Below, in pieces: positions 20,175-29,288 of a stretch of 64,000 nucleotides of DNA. Positions within the stretch are counted from its first letter, which is position 1; every line of letters begins with the position of its first letter. A program made the translations under genes and the position numbers. The notes beneath the pieces are model-generated. The model did no database searches. It was not told where the DNA came from and was given only the letters and a program-made list of their open reading frames with translations. This stretch comes from an uncultured bacterium (GTDB taxonomy: Bacteria > Patescibacteriota > Minisyncoccia > Phycocordibacterales > UBA9973): NCBI GenBank assembly GCA_903894955.1, contig CAITSA010000001.1:3769-67768 (forward strand), in the 5' to 3' direction.

Positions 20175-20423
20175 ATATTTGTTTATATTTTATATATTTA
20201 ATTTATTAATAATACTAATGGTGTTAATAAGTGGATAAGTATTCTTATTGTTATTTTATATGGTTTTATTTTATATTCTATGTTTTTTATAAATCTAACA
20301 ACTTTTTCTATTTTTTATAAATTAATTTTTAAAACTTAAAACACTTTTCTTATTATTTTTTATGCACTATTTTTTATATTTTTTATTCTACTTTTCATTG
20401 TCTTATAAGTCACTTCTTAACAG
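20175..20423. other. oriC, dnaA-dnaN segment with DnaA boxes, DnaA-trio-like repeats and an AT-rich unwinding region
   Basis: Bottom strand reads TTATCCACT-TATTAACA-CCAT-TAG-TAT-TAT-TAA-TAA (about 20238-20203); very AT-rich 20240-20420. Confidence 0.75.
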
Positions 20424-21764
20424 TTATTTAAACATAATTCTTATCTGCTCTAACTCTTGCATTAATTGTGAATCATTTTTTAAATCTGCTTTAATTTTCA
20501 CACACGAATGCATAACAGTGGTGTGATCTTTCCCACCTAATTTTTGGCCTATTAAAGGATAAGAAACACTAAAATCTTCTCGAAGTAGATACATTATAAT
20601 TTGTCTCGTTCTTACTATCTCTTTTTTTCTAGTCTTTTCATAAACAGAGGCTTCTTCTAATTTATAATATTCAGCTACAATTTTGACCACATCTTTGATG
20701 GCTATATTTTTCTTTGGTTTCATGTTGTTTTTTAGTAAGTTTTTAACTTCTAAAAGCGTCGGAGCCTTATTTTTCAAGCGATATTGGCAAACAATAAGAT
20801 TAAGACTTCCCTCAAGTTCACGTATATTCCCCTGCATTGAAGCTGCCACATATTCGATTAAATCTTCTTCTAAAACAACATTAAATTCACGAAGCCTTAC
20901 TTTTATAATTGCGAGACGAGACTCATATTCTGGTTCAGAAACATCCACAATCATTCCCGCAGCAAAACGAGACTTTAAACGATCTGCTAATTCTGGAATG
21001 TAATTAGGGTGTTTATCAGAAGAAAAAATAATTTGTTTATTATTTTCATAAAAAGTATTAAAGGTGTGAAAAAGTTCTTCTTGAATTTTTTCCATTTTAC
21101 CAATGAATTGGATGTCGTCTATAATTAAAAGATCGTATTTACGATATTTTTCTTTAAAAGAATTTGCTTTATTGCTCTGGAGGGAGTTTATAAAATCTGT
21201 TGCAAACTTCTCTAAAGTCATATAATGGACTTTTTTATTAGGATATTTATCTTTTATTGAATTTCCTATAGCTTGAATTAAGTGAGTTTTCCCGAGACCA
21301 GTTCCTCCATAAACAAAAAATGGATTATATTTAGTTCCTGGTGATTCTATGATGGCTTGAGCGGCTGCATACGCGAGTTCATTAAATGTCCCAACAATAA
21401 AAGAGTTGAAATGGTAACGCGGATTTAGGTTGTTCTCTGGATTTATGTATAAATCCCTTAAGGGGAGCTCTTTGGCGATGGTTTCGCTTGTTATAATTGT
21501 TTCTTGTTTAGGGTTTTCTATTTTGGTAATTACATATTCTACGGCCCGCATGTTTTCATAAGCTTCTGTGATGGTTTTAGTTATTAGTTTATGGTATTTA
21601 TTGATGAGCCAGTCACGAACAAACTCGTTGGGTACTCCTATATAGATGATTCCGGCCTCTTCTTTTAAAATAGAGGTATTTTTAAACCAAGTACTAAAAT
21701 TTGCTTTTGACATTCCGGACTCAATTTTTAGTAGGCAGTTCCCCCATAACTGTTTTGTATTCAT
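20424..21764 (-). CDS. dnaA: Chromosomal replication initiator DnaA
   Basis: YNPFFVYGGTGLGKTHL, IIDDIQF, RLKSRF, NIRELEG, GGKDHTTVMH. Confidence 0.98.
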   Translation of the reverse strand: MNTKQLWGNCLLKIESGMSKANFSTWFKNTSILKEEAGIIYIGVPNEFVRDWLINKYHKLITKTITEAYENMRAVEYVITKIENPKQETIITSETIAKELPLRDLYINPENNLNPRYHFNSFIVGTFNELAYAAAQAIIESPGTKYNPFFVYGGTGLGKTHLIQAIGNSIKDKYPNKKVHYMTLEKFATDFINSLQSNKANSFKEKYRKYDLLIIDDIQFIGKMEKIQEELFHTFNTFYENNKQIIFSSDKHPNYIPELADRLKSRFAAGMIVDVSEPEYESRLAIIKVRLREFNVVLEEDLIEYVAASMQGNIRELEGSLNLIVCQYRLKNKAPTLLEVKNLLKNNMKPKKNIAIKDVVKIVAEYYKLEEASVYEKTRKKEIVRTRQIIMYLLREDFSVSYPLIGQKLGGKDHTTVMHSCVKIKADLKNDSQLMQELEQIRIMFK

Positions 21765-21810
21765 AGTTTCATATTATACTATTTATAAGATAGAAGACAT
21801 CTTTGAAAGC

Positions 21811-21840
21811 TTATTAACTCTGTTGATAAGCTGTGGATAA
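21811..21840. promoter_or_regulatory. DnaA-box cluster between dnaA and rpmH
   Basis: TGTGGATAA 21832-21840 (perfect) and TGTTGATAA 21821-21829 (one mismatch). Confidence 0.8.
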
Positions 21841-21920
21841 TTTTAATTGATTTTTGGGGTTTAGTATTAGAACTTAGCGCCTAACTTGCTAGAAGCTAAT
21901 TTTTATTATAGACTAGTCTT

Positions 21921-22055
21921 ATGTCAGTTACATATCAACCTAAAAAAAGAAAAAGAGCTAGAGCTCACGGGTTTTTAGTTCGATCCAGAATAAAAACTGG
22001 GAAGAAAGTCTTAAAAAGAAGGCGCCAAAAGGGTAGAAAAAAATTGTCTGTTTAA
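21921..22055 (+). CDS. rpmH: 50S ribosomal protein L34
   Basis: [44 protein letters not shown]; below the ORF-track length cutoff; canonical position divergent from dnaA. Confidence 0.96.
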   Translation: MSVTYQPKKRKRARAHGFLVRSRIKTGKKVLKRRRQKGRKKLSV

Positions 22056-22061
22056 ATAAAC

Positions 22062-22388
22062 ATGCTTCCTAAAAAAAATAGAGTAGGCAAAAAAGAAGTA
22101 GATTTAATTTTTAAACAAAGTAAATTTATAACTTCTCCTACCTTAACTTTTAAGTTTATTGTAAATAACAATACCAATTCTCCTCGTGTTTCTTTCATTA
22201 CACCAAAAAGTGTTGCTAAGTTGGCTGTTACTAGAAATTTATTACGACGTCGAGGCTATGCCGTTTTATCTAAATATATAAATCAATTCCCTCTTGGGAT
22301 GATGGGCGTTTGTGTTTTTAAAAAATATCAAGACGACGTTTTTGTTATAGAAAATGAAATTAAAACAATTCTCTCAAAACTTAATTAA
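22062..22388 (+). CDS. rnpA: Ribonuclease P protein component
   Basis: [30 protein letters not shown] (RNR motif); synteny. Confidence 0.9.
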   Translation: MLPKKNRVGKKEVDLIFKQSKFITSPTLTFKFIVNNNTNSPRVSFITPKSVAKLAVTRNLLRRRGYAVLSKYINQFPLGMMGVCVFKKYQDDVFVIENEIKTILSKLN

Positions 22389-22572
22389 TTTTTATCAAAA
22401 AAATATTTCAATTTTTTTAAAAGCAAATACCTGTGTTTTTTATCCATCTTGTTCTGAATATACTAAACAAGCTATAGAAAAATATGGAATTCTGAAAGGG
22501 GTTTATTTAGGATTTAAACGTATTTTACGTTGCCATCCGTGGCAGAAAAATCATATTGACCCAGTAAAATAA
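22354..22572 (+). CDS. yidD: Membrane protein insertion efficiency factor YidD
   Basis: [27 protein letters not shown]. Confidence 0.95.
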   Translation: MKLKQFSQNLINFYQKNISIFLKANTCVFYPSCSEYTKQAIEKYGILKGVYLGFKRILRCHPWQKNHIDPVK

Positions 22573-22578
22573 AAATAC

Positions 22579-24303
22579 CTAATACACCTCCCCCTGATAA
22601 CATTTCTCACAATACACAATCTCTGGTCTGTCAGGGGAATAAGAAGTTTCAAATTCATTAGAACAGCCTGCTTTCATACACTTTCTATGCCAGAGGTTTA
22701 AAGGATTTCTTTGTTTTAATCTCTGGTAATGTCTACAATTAGGACATAATCTAGGTAAAGGTAGATTCATCCTTTGGTAGAATTGGAGCTCAGCTCCTAT
22801 GATTTTGAAGGCTTCAGTGCATTGTTCATTGCAAGTACCTTGATGCTCACATTCTATGATTTTCCCTACAATATCTTCTTTAACCTCTTTAATATCATCT
22901 GGAATATCATTAGTTTTAATGTCTATATTATAGTTTCTTTCTTCTCTGTCTTTCCACTTATACCCTTGTTTTAAAGCTTCTTCTTTGGTTAAAGGAAAGT
23001 ATTCTTGAGCAATGGTTTCATTGTAACAAAAAGGTGACAATTCACTTGGGAAGAACTCTCCATATTTATATACCCTACCCTCTCTATCTATATAGGGCAT
23101 AGTATTCATATGTTCGATGATTTTTGGGACTAATGCTTCGTATTGTTCCTTAGTGTATTGTTTGTTTAGGATGCAGTATTGTTTGTCTCGGAGGGCGACG
23201 GAGGCAAAGAGGTGATGGGAATCATGACAATCAATAGAATAGTATATATCTTGAGACCCTCTGATCTGAATTGAGAAATATGTTTTAGCCACAGAATGAG
23301 CGGCAGACACATTTTCATAAAGAAGTTCACCTCTTACTCCACAAGCAACACCATCATACATATCACGCATTCCTGCCCCAACCCAAAAACCAAATTTACT
23401 ATCTTCATTCTTACCATCTGCGCAATCAAAAATATAATGACAATTTTTTGCATCAAGAATGTAGTCTCCTGTTGTATTTTGAACATTTATAATATTTGCA
23501 AATTTTCTTGGATATTTAAGCTTTAACTCTTCAAATTTCTTTTTGGATTGAATTAAATTTTGAAAATTACCTGGGTTAAGTTCCCCGAGTTTTTTATCGT
23601 AATCTTCTTTAGAATACTGGACATTAAAAATACAATTAGACTTATTTCGAAGATCAACACAACCGAAACAATTTGAACAATTTTTGCAATCATACATTAA
23701 ACAAGACTCTACGCAATTATTACAATTTTCTACAAAAAATAATTTATATGAATTTTGGCAATTTACTCCCTCGTAACAAAATTCTATTTTACTACAAAAG
23801 TAAATATCTATAGAATCTTTACAGTTAAAAGGTCGATTTCCATAAAAAACATTTTCCGCAAAGCCGCCACCGAATGCCAAATAGCAATTTTTACTATCAT
23901 CTAACCAATTAACATACTCACAAGAGGTAATATTTTTATTTACTAAGTTACTTTTTGGTACTTTTTTAAATAAATCATCAAATTGCCTAAAAAAATTTGA
24001 AGCAAAATCATATGGAGCTCCATAGTTCATAGGGTCCCATTTGTCTCCCCACCAAGATTTTTGATCATAGACTATGCCATTATTAGGTGAATAAGCGGAA
24101 AAAATTTCCTCATTGTGATCTCTTGCATCACATTTTCTTTTATATAAAGTTCTTTCATTTCTAAAGTTCATCCGCCTAGCCATACGACAAGACCAACACC
24201 AAGTAGGAGCTGGAACTTTTATTTTTTCATAAAAGTTAAAATCTTCCAGCTCTATCGTGAAATCTTTTTTACAATTTTGACAAATTCTAGTTTCTTCCTT
24301 CAT
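22579..24303 (-). CDS. Cys-rich multi-CxxC protein, paralogue 2 (574 aa), antisense between yidD and yidC
   Basis: Same architecture as 2351..4075; last ~200 codons collinear and highly similar at DNA level. Confidence 0.85.
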   Translation of the reverse strand: MKEETRICQNCKKDFTIELEDFNFYEKIKVPAPTWCWSCRMARRMNFRNERTLYKRKCDARDHNEEIFSAYSPNNGIVYDQKSWWGDKWDPMNYGAPYDFASNFFRQFDDLFKKVPKSNLVNKNITSCEYVNWLDDSKNCYLAFGGGFAENVFYGNRPFNCKDSIDIYFCSKIEFCYEGVNCQNSYKLFFVENCNNCVESCLMYDCKNCSNCFGCVDLRNKSNCIFNVQYSKEDYDKKLGELNPGNFQNLIQSKKKFEELKLKYPRKFANIINVQNTTGDYILDAKNCHYIFDCADGKNEDSKFGFWVGAGMRDMYDGVACGVRGELLYENVSAAHSVAKTYFSIQIRGSQDIYYSIDCHDSHHLFASVALRDKQYCILNKQYTKEQYEALVPKIIEHMNTMPYIDREGRVYKYGEFFPSELSPFCYNETIAQEYFPLTKEEALKQGYKWKDREERNYNIDIKTNDIPDDIKEVKEDIVGKIIECEHQGTCNEQCTEAFKIIGAELQFYQRMNLPLPRLCPNCRHYQRLKQRNPLNLWHRKCMKAGCSNEFETSYSPDRPEIVYCEKCYQGEVY

Positions 24304-24357
24304 ATTTTGATTATAACAAAACTTTGATTTTTAATCATTTTCATATAGAATGGGTAA

Positions 24358-25086
24358 ATGCTCACAAGTATCTGGAATGCCATTTTATATCAACCACTTT
24401 TAAATGCCTTAGCGGCCTTAGTGTCCATTATTCCTGGAGGAGATGTAGGGGTAGCGGTTATAGTTTTAACCATCTTGGTGAAGGTTATTCTTTTTCCTTT
24501 ATCCCAAAAATCCATTGAAAGTCAGGCGGAGATGAACATTTTGACTCCCGAGATTAATAAAATAAAAGCGAGTGGTGCTTCTAAAGAAGAACAAGCAAAA
24601 CAAACATTTGATTTATATAAAAAACACAATACTAACCCTTTTTCAGGCTGTCTTTTGGTTTTGATCCAGATTCCAGTTATTTTTGCCTTATATTACGTCT
24701 TTTTAAAAGGAATAAATTTCCAAAGTGGTTTGCTTTATTCTTTTGTTAAAGTTCCAGTACATATCAATATGATTTTTCTTGGTTTCCTTGATATAACTAA
24801 AAAAAGCTTAGTTCTAGCAATTTTAGCTGGTATTTCTCAATATTTACAGGCGCAATTTATGCCCAAACCCGCTCTTTCCTTAGGGGCCGACAACGCTTCT
24901 TTTTCAGATAGTTTTGCTAAAAGTATGAACATGCAAATGAAATATATCTTCCCATTTATTATTGCTTTTATCGCTTATAACATTTCTGGGGCAGTGGCAC
25001 TTTATTGGATTACCAGTAATCTTTTCATGGTAGGACAGCAGATTTATGTTCAAAGAGAAAAGAATTTCAAAATTGTGATTAAGTAA
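24358..25086 (+). CDS. yidC: YidC/Oxa1 membrane protein insertase
   Basis: AVIVLTILVKVILFPL, LYKKHNTNPFSGCL, IQIPV, ALYWITSN. Confidence 0.93.
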   Translation: MLTSIWNAILYQPLLNALAALVSIIPGGDVGVAVIVLTILVKVILFPLSQKSIESQAEMNILTPEINKIKASGASKEEQAKQTFDLYKKHNTNPFSGCLLVLIQIPVIFALYYVFLKGINFQSGLLYSFVKVPVHINMIFLGFLDITKKSLVLAILAGISQYLQAQFMPKPALSLGADNASFSDSFAKSMNMQMKYIFPFIIAFIAYNISGAVALYWITSNLFMVGQQIYVQREKNFKIVIK

Positions 25087-25107
25087 AAGAATATTTTTTT
25101 AAAAATT

Positions 25108-25590
25108 ATGAAAAAAGAAGAGATTCAAAATTTAATAAAAGATTTAATTGAAAAAACTACAGTAAAATTAAATGGAATTTCGATGGTTGATGATGGACCT
25201 AAAAATGTATGGGTTTCAGTGGAAGTCAGTGAACCACATTTTTTTATTGGGCACGATGGTGATGGCTTGCACGCATTAAGTCACCTTGTTCATAGAATCA
25301 TAGAAGCTAAAACTCCTCGTGAAGAAAATTCTCTACCTCAACAAGGGTTAGGTATTATTATTGATATAAATGGTTTTCAGAAAAAACATATTGAGAATAT
25401 TCGTGCAGTAGCCCATATGATGTCAGAACGAGCAAGGTATTTCAAGTCTAATATAGAAGTTGACCCAATGTCCGCTTTTGAACGTAGAATCGTTCATGAA
25501 TTTTTAGCCGAATCAAGTGATCTAAAGACTGAATCTATGGGAATAGGGCGTGATCGCCGAGTGGTGATTAAATATATAGGAGCGATTTAA
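25108..25590 (+). CDS. Jag/KhpB-like KH + R3H RNA-binding protein
   Basis: IGHDGDGLHAL, DINGF, PMSAFERRIVH, TESMGIGRDRRVVI; follows yidC. Confidence 0.88.
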   Translation: MKKEEIQNLIKDLIEKTTVKLNGISMVDDGPKNVWVSVEVSEPHFFIGHDGDGLHALSHLVHRIIEAKTPREENSLPQQGLGIIIDINGFQKKHIENIRAVAHMMSERARYFKSNIEVDPMSAFERRIVHEFLAESSDLKTESMGIGRDRRVVIKYIGAI

Positions 25591-25731
25591 AAATATAAAT
25601 ATGACTTTTTCCGGTACGGATTTTTAGTCGCACCAAAAGGACTTGCGCGACATGATTCCGCAGAATCAAAAATCCTGAAGTTCTCGGCTCGTCAGCCTCG
25701 AAACCCCTTCAAAAGGCATATTTATATTTTT
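25589..25731. repeat. Branched structured repeat, copy B (extended inner arm)
   Basis: Outer IR AAAAATATAAATATG / CATATTTATATTTTT; shares 22-nt and 41-nt identical blocks with 49870-49973. Confidence 0.9.
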
Positions 25732-25743
25732 TTGAGACCCCTT

Positions 25744-27153
25744 TTATTTCAAAGCAAGTTCCCAAAGGAAAGAATCTTTTTTATTTACAAAAAATAAATA
25801 ATTTTCTCCATCATCAAGCATAGGTTTGATACTATCAAGATCTTCTCCCCTGACAATAGTAGCTGGGTCTGCAATTATGGTTGCATTTTCAGTTTTAATA
25901 TCTATTTTCCAAATTTGATCTGAAAAAGAAACTTCTCCCTGATACCAACTATCTGGATATTGACCACTAGCGATAGATTTCGGTACTCCACAATAAATAG
26001 TATCGCTAGTTTTATTCCAAACACATTTTTCTGCTAATGTTTTTACTCCTAAAATATCAGAAACTTTTGTATCCATGTGATAAACATTAAGTGCCAGATT
26101 ATCATTACTATAAAGGACTAATTTTCCGTCAGGACTGGTTATAGTGGTGAGTCCATTTATTTTACCCAAGACTTGATGAAAGTTATAATTTTTACTATTA
26201 GGGTCCATTACATACATATATCCTGGGACAAGAGATGCAGGCTTGGTGGTAAAGGTAATTATTTTATTGTTTGGAAAAAGTGAAAGCCATTCAGAAAATG
26301 GCGAGCTAAAAACTTGAACCTTTTTATTAGTTAATAAATTTAAAGTTGTACCAATCATATTATCTCCAGAATTGAAAAGATAAAATACACTAAGAGCATC
26401 GCTTGATAGGCTTATGTCTTTTATGTTTTCTGGTAGAAATGTTCCTTTTATTTCATTACTACTCGTGGTATCTGCACCAAGATATTCTTTTGGAAGAGTG
26501 CCAACAAAAGTTATGATGGTTCTGGCATCTTCTTTTAAATATCTCATGACTACAGATTCCCCATTGTTTCCAAAAAATGCTTCGTAAACCATAGGGATAA
26601 TAGTAGTGGAAAATTTCTTTTCTTCTATTTTATCTGCAAAGGTTTGATAAATATTCCCTGTTGCTTTATCCACATATCTTAAAGCTGGCATAAATTCAGT
26701 TAGGGGTGGAGTTGGTTTGGTTGTTTTTTTAGTGGTTGTTTTAGGTGAAGTTGAAGACTCGGAGTTTGTTTGTTCTGAGTTTGCCGAAGGGGTAGAGTCA
26801 GATGAAGGAGTGGCTGTTGAATCAATTGTTGGGGTAACTATTGGAATATCTATTAATCTTTCTTTAGAAAATACAGTAAACCCTGCTATGGGCATGCTTG
26901 AAATCTTTTTTAATTTTACGTTTACTGTTGGTGGCGTAGAATCTGATCCATTATCAGAAATATCGACTGGTGGGGTGGTTGGAGGTGTTGTTGGTTTATT
27001 GTTTTTAAATGGGTTAAATTGTGAAATAAAGTTTGTCCCCATATTATCTCCTCCTGGTCCAGTTGTGCCTTGATTAAAATATAAAAATCCAAAAAATATA
27101 ATTATGGCGATGACTAGGATTATTATTAAAAGTATAAAGTTTCTTTTTGACAT
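25744..27153 (-). CDS. Membrane-anchored protein with Pro/Thr linker and probable beta-propeller; T4SS-like cluster
   Basis: N-terminal TM, P/T/S-rich linker, beta-strand repeats (SPDGK, AEKCVW, DSWYQG). Confidence 0.65.
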   Translation of the reverse strand: MSKRNFILLIIILVIAIIIFFGFLYFNQGTTGPGGDNMGTNFISQFNPFKNNKPTTPPTTPPVDISDNGSDSTPPTVNVKLKKISSMPIAGFTVFSKERLIDIPIVTPTIDSTATPSSDSTPSANSEQTNSESSTSPKTTTKKTTKPTPPLTEFMPALRYVDKATGNIYQTFADKIEEKKFSTTIIPMVYEAFFGNNGESVVMRYLKEDARTIITFVGTLPKEYLGADTTSSNEIKGTFLPENIKDISLSSDALSVFYLFNSGDNMIGTTLNLLTNKKVQVFSSPFSEWLSLFPNNKIITFTTKPASLVPGYMYVMDPNSKNYNFHQVLGKINGLTTITSPDGKLVLYSNDNLALNVYHMDTKVSDILGVKTLAEKCVWNKTSDTIYCGVPKSIASGQYPDSWYQGEVSFSDQIWKIDIKTENATIIADPATIVRGEDLDSIKPMLDDGENYLFFVNKKDSFLWELALK

Positions 27154-27159
27154 AAAATG

Positions 27160-28278
27160 TTAAATTATGGATATTGTTGTTCCTGTTTTTATGCAGGGGG
27201 CAAGTAGAGTTAAGTCGTCATTACTCATTCTAATACAACCGTTGGTTGTTCCTAAGGTGTCTTGTTCGTTTCCGTGAAAGCCGATGCCTCTATCGTTGCC
27301 AGAAGAATCTTTTGCGCCAATATTAACAAAAGCAGCACCCAAATTATAACCATTGTTCGAGATAACAGCATTTCCACTGTTCCCCAGCCTTATGTCCCCA
27401 CTTGTAGTAAAAGTTCCTTTTGGAGTTTTACTATCCCCACTCTTTGCTTGGCCAACTTCTGCTACTCCTTTATATCCAAGATTTACTGGAACAGAAACAC
27501 AACTTGATCTGGAACAAAAGCTGGCCTGTTTGGTAGCGGTATTTACTGTAACTTTACTTAATGATGAGCAACTGTTGTTGGCAAAATCAGTAACTCCCGA
27601 ACTAGGAGTTCCACTTAATTTATATCCAGTTCCCACAGAGGCTGTTGTCTGCTCTGTAGCAGCAAAATTTGCCTGGTCTGCAGTTACTGTTACTGTTACA
27701 CTTGTTAAATTTTTTAAACTACTATCAAGCAAATTAGGATTTATTGCGTTAAGAAGGGTCCAAGCACCTAGTGCCAAAAGGAGACCAAAAATTGCATTTC
27801 TAATTCTTTCCTTGCCTGCTTCTTTACTTGAAATCAATTCGCTCGTCATATATTCAATACCACCCACGACAATCATTATTACAGCCAAGACAGCGCAGAT
27901 ACCAATGAAGAGTTTTATCATCATATTTAAATATCCACTAAAAGCACTACTGTCACCTGTTGGGACATTACTCATTGTTCCACCGGCAGGATTGGGTAAT
28001 GGAGCTAAAAGATTATAATTTGAATTTGCTGGAGTTGTTGTTGGAGTTGATGGTGTGTATCCCCCCGTACATCCAGCTGGTGTATAAGCTCCAGTGGGGT
28101 CTACTCCTGTACATGTCACTGTTCCTGTTATTGGCGTTGTTGATGTACATCCATCTGGTGTGGGAGTGTTAGTTACTACATTGAAACCTGTACATGTTTC
28201 GGCCTTTACTTCTCTCATCGGGCCAAAAAACCCGATTGATACGATGAGTATTAAAATGTAAATTGAAATTTTTTTCAT
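27160..28278 (-). CDS. VirB2/TrbC-like pilin fused to a YkuD-type L,D-transpeptidase-like domain
   Basis: LAVIMIVVGGIEYMTS...KEAGKERIRNAIFGLLL pilin hairpin; C-terminal GDSKTPKGTF, IGFHG...TNGCIRM. Confidence 0.75.
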   Translation of the reverse strand: MKKISIYILILIVSIGFFGPMREVKAETCTGFNVVTNTPTPDGCTSTTPITGTVTCTGVDPTGAYTPAGCTGGYTPSTPTTTPANSNYNLLAPLPNPAGGTMSNVPTGDSSAFSGYLNMMIKLFIGICAVLAVIMIVVGGIEYMTSELISSKEAGKERIRNAIFGLLLALGAWTLLNAINPNLLDSSLKNLTSVTVTVTADQANFAATEQTTASVGTGYKLSGTPSSGVTDFANNSCSSLSKVTVNTATKQASFCSRSSCVSVPVNLGYKGVAEVGQAKSGDSKTPKGTFTTSGDIRLGNSGNAVISNNGYNLGAAFVNIGAKDSSGNDRGIGFHGNEQDTLGTTNGCIRMSNDDLTLLAPCIKTGTTISII

Positions 28279-28283
28279 TTGAT

Positions 28284-29267
28284 TTAAAATTCTATATTAA
28301 TTTCTTTGGTGGCACTCTCGAAAATTTTCTCTGTATTATTAATTTCTAATCTTATATTAGATGTTCCAGAAGTTCCAGTCTGTACTTGGAGTGGCATAGT
28401 ATTTTTCATATAAATCGGAGGATTTACCGTTTCGTCATTAATAAACCAATCCCAGGTAAGGAACGAAATTCTGATGTCGCCCGGCGATATGAAATATGGG
28501 GCGGCTACCAAAATTTCACTGTTTACTATTTTATGGCCATCGTCAAGAGCTTGTTCCCAAAGTGTTCCGAGATTAGTATCATTTTTGTAAAATATAATTT
28601 TTGGTTTTACCGTTCCAATATCCATACTTGCTGTTGAAGAATATTTTTGATCAATAGTTGAAGCAGTTACTCCAATATTATTTGAATCTTCCAAATAATC
28701 ATTTACATAAGTAAAAGAATTCTTTCCATAGCCTGAACCATCTGGATTATTGGAAGAATCTCTCTGCCAACTATAAGTCATGTTTTTAGGGTCTACTAGA
28801 TTAGAGCCTGATTTTATTTCAGGGATAGCAACAACTTTTACCGTACTATCAGGTGAAGGCAACGCCTTTCCTTTATAAAACGGAGGAACATAAGAATCCA
28901 TTGCTTGATAGAGCAAGACCATCACATTAGGCCTTATTGTTATTCTGGTGTCTGTTGCTCCATCTGGGAGAGACACAGTAGCGACAACACTTGTTTCCTC
29001 TCCTGCATTTGGAGCATTAAGAGAAAAAGATTTTTTCCCAATTTCAGATGAAACGTTTTTACCATTTACAGACCAAGAGATTAAAACACTATCTAAGTCG
29101 TAATTATAACTTTTTAAGGTAATATCTACCCCTTCACCAGGGGCTGGGTTTTCTGGTGCTATGTTAACCGAAATTCCAATAGAGGGAACAGCCTTTACTT
29201 TAAAAGGTAAAAAAGTTCCGAATATTATAATTACTGTAATTAAAAATGGTAAAAATTTAAACCTCAT
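28284..29267 (-). CDS. Secreted beta-rich (Ig-like) hypothetical protein, T4SS-like cluster
   Basis: Signal peptide; SYVPPFYKGKALP; beta-rich. Confidence 0.65.
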   Translation of the reverse strand: MRFKFLPFLITVIIIFGTFLPFKVKAVPSIGISVNIAPENPAPGEGVDITLKSYNYDLDSVLISWSVNGKNVSSEIGKKSFSLNAPNAGEETSVVATVSLPDGATDTRITIRPNVMVLLYQAMDSYVPPFYKGKALPSPDSTVKVVAIPEIKSGSNLVDPKNMTYSWQRDSSNNPDGSGYGKNSFTYVNDYLEDSNNIGVTASTIDQKYSSTASMDIGTVKPKIIFYKNDTNLGTLWEQALDDGHKIVNSEILVAAPYFISPGDIRISFLTWDWFINDETVNPPIYMKNTMPLQVQTGTSGTSNIRLEINNTEKIFESATKEINIEF

Positions 29268-29288
29268 ATTTTAATTGTATCATATCTA

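Noticed and set aside
2351..23178. DGR template/variable repeat pair between the similar 3' ends of Cys-rich paralogues 1 and 2
   Set aside because: Both copies are intact coding sequence, differences are mostly synonymous and not adenine-specific, and there is no reverse transcriptase in the window
27353..28018. 221-aa + strand ORF, and similar antisense ORFs across the window
   Set aside because: Antisense to well-supported genes, with no recognisable motifs
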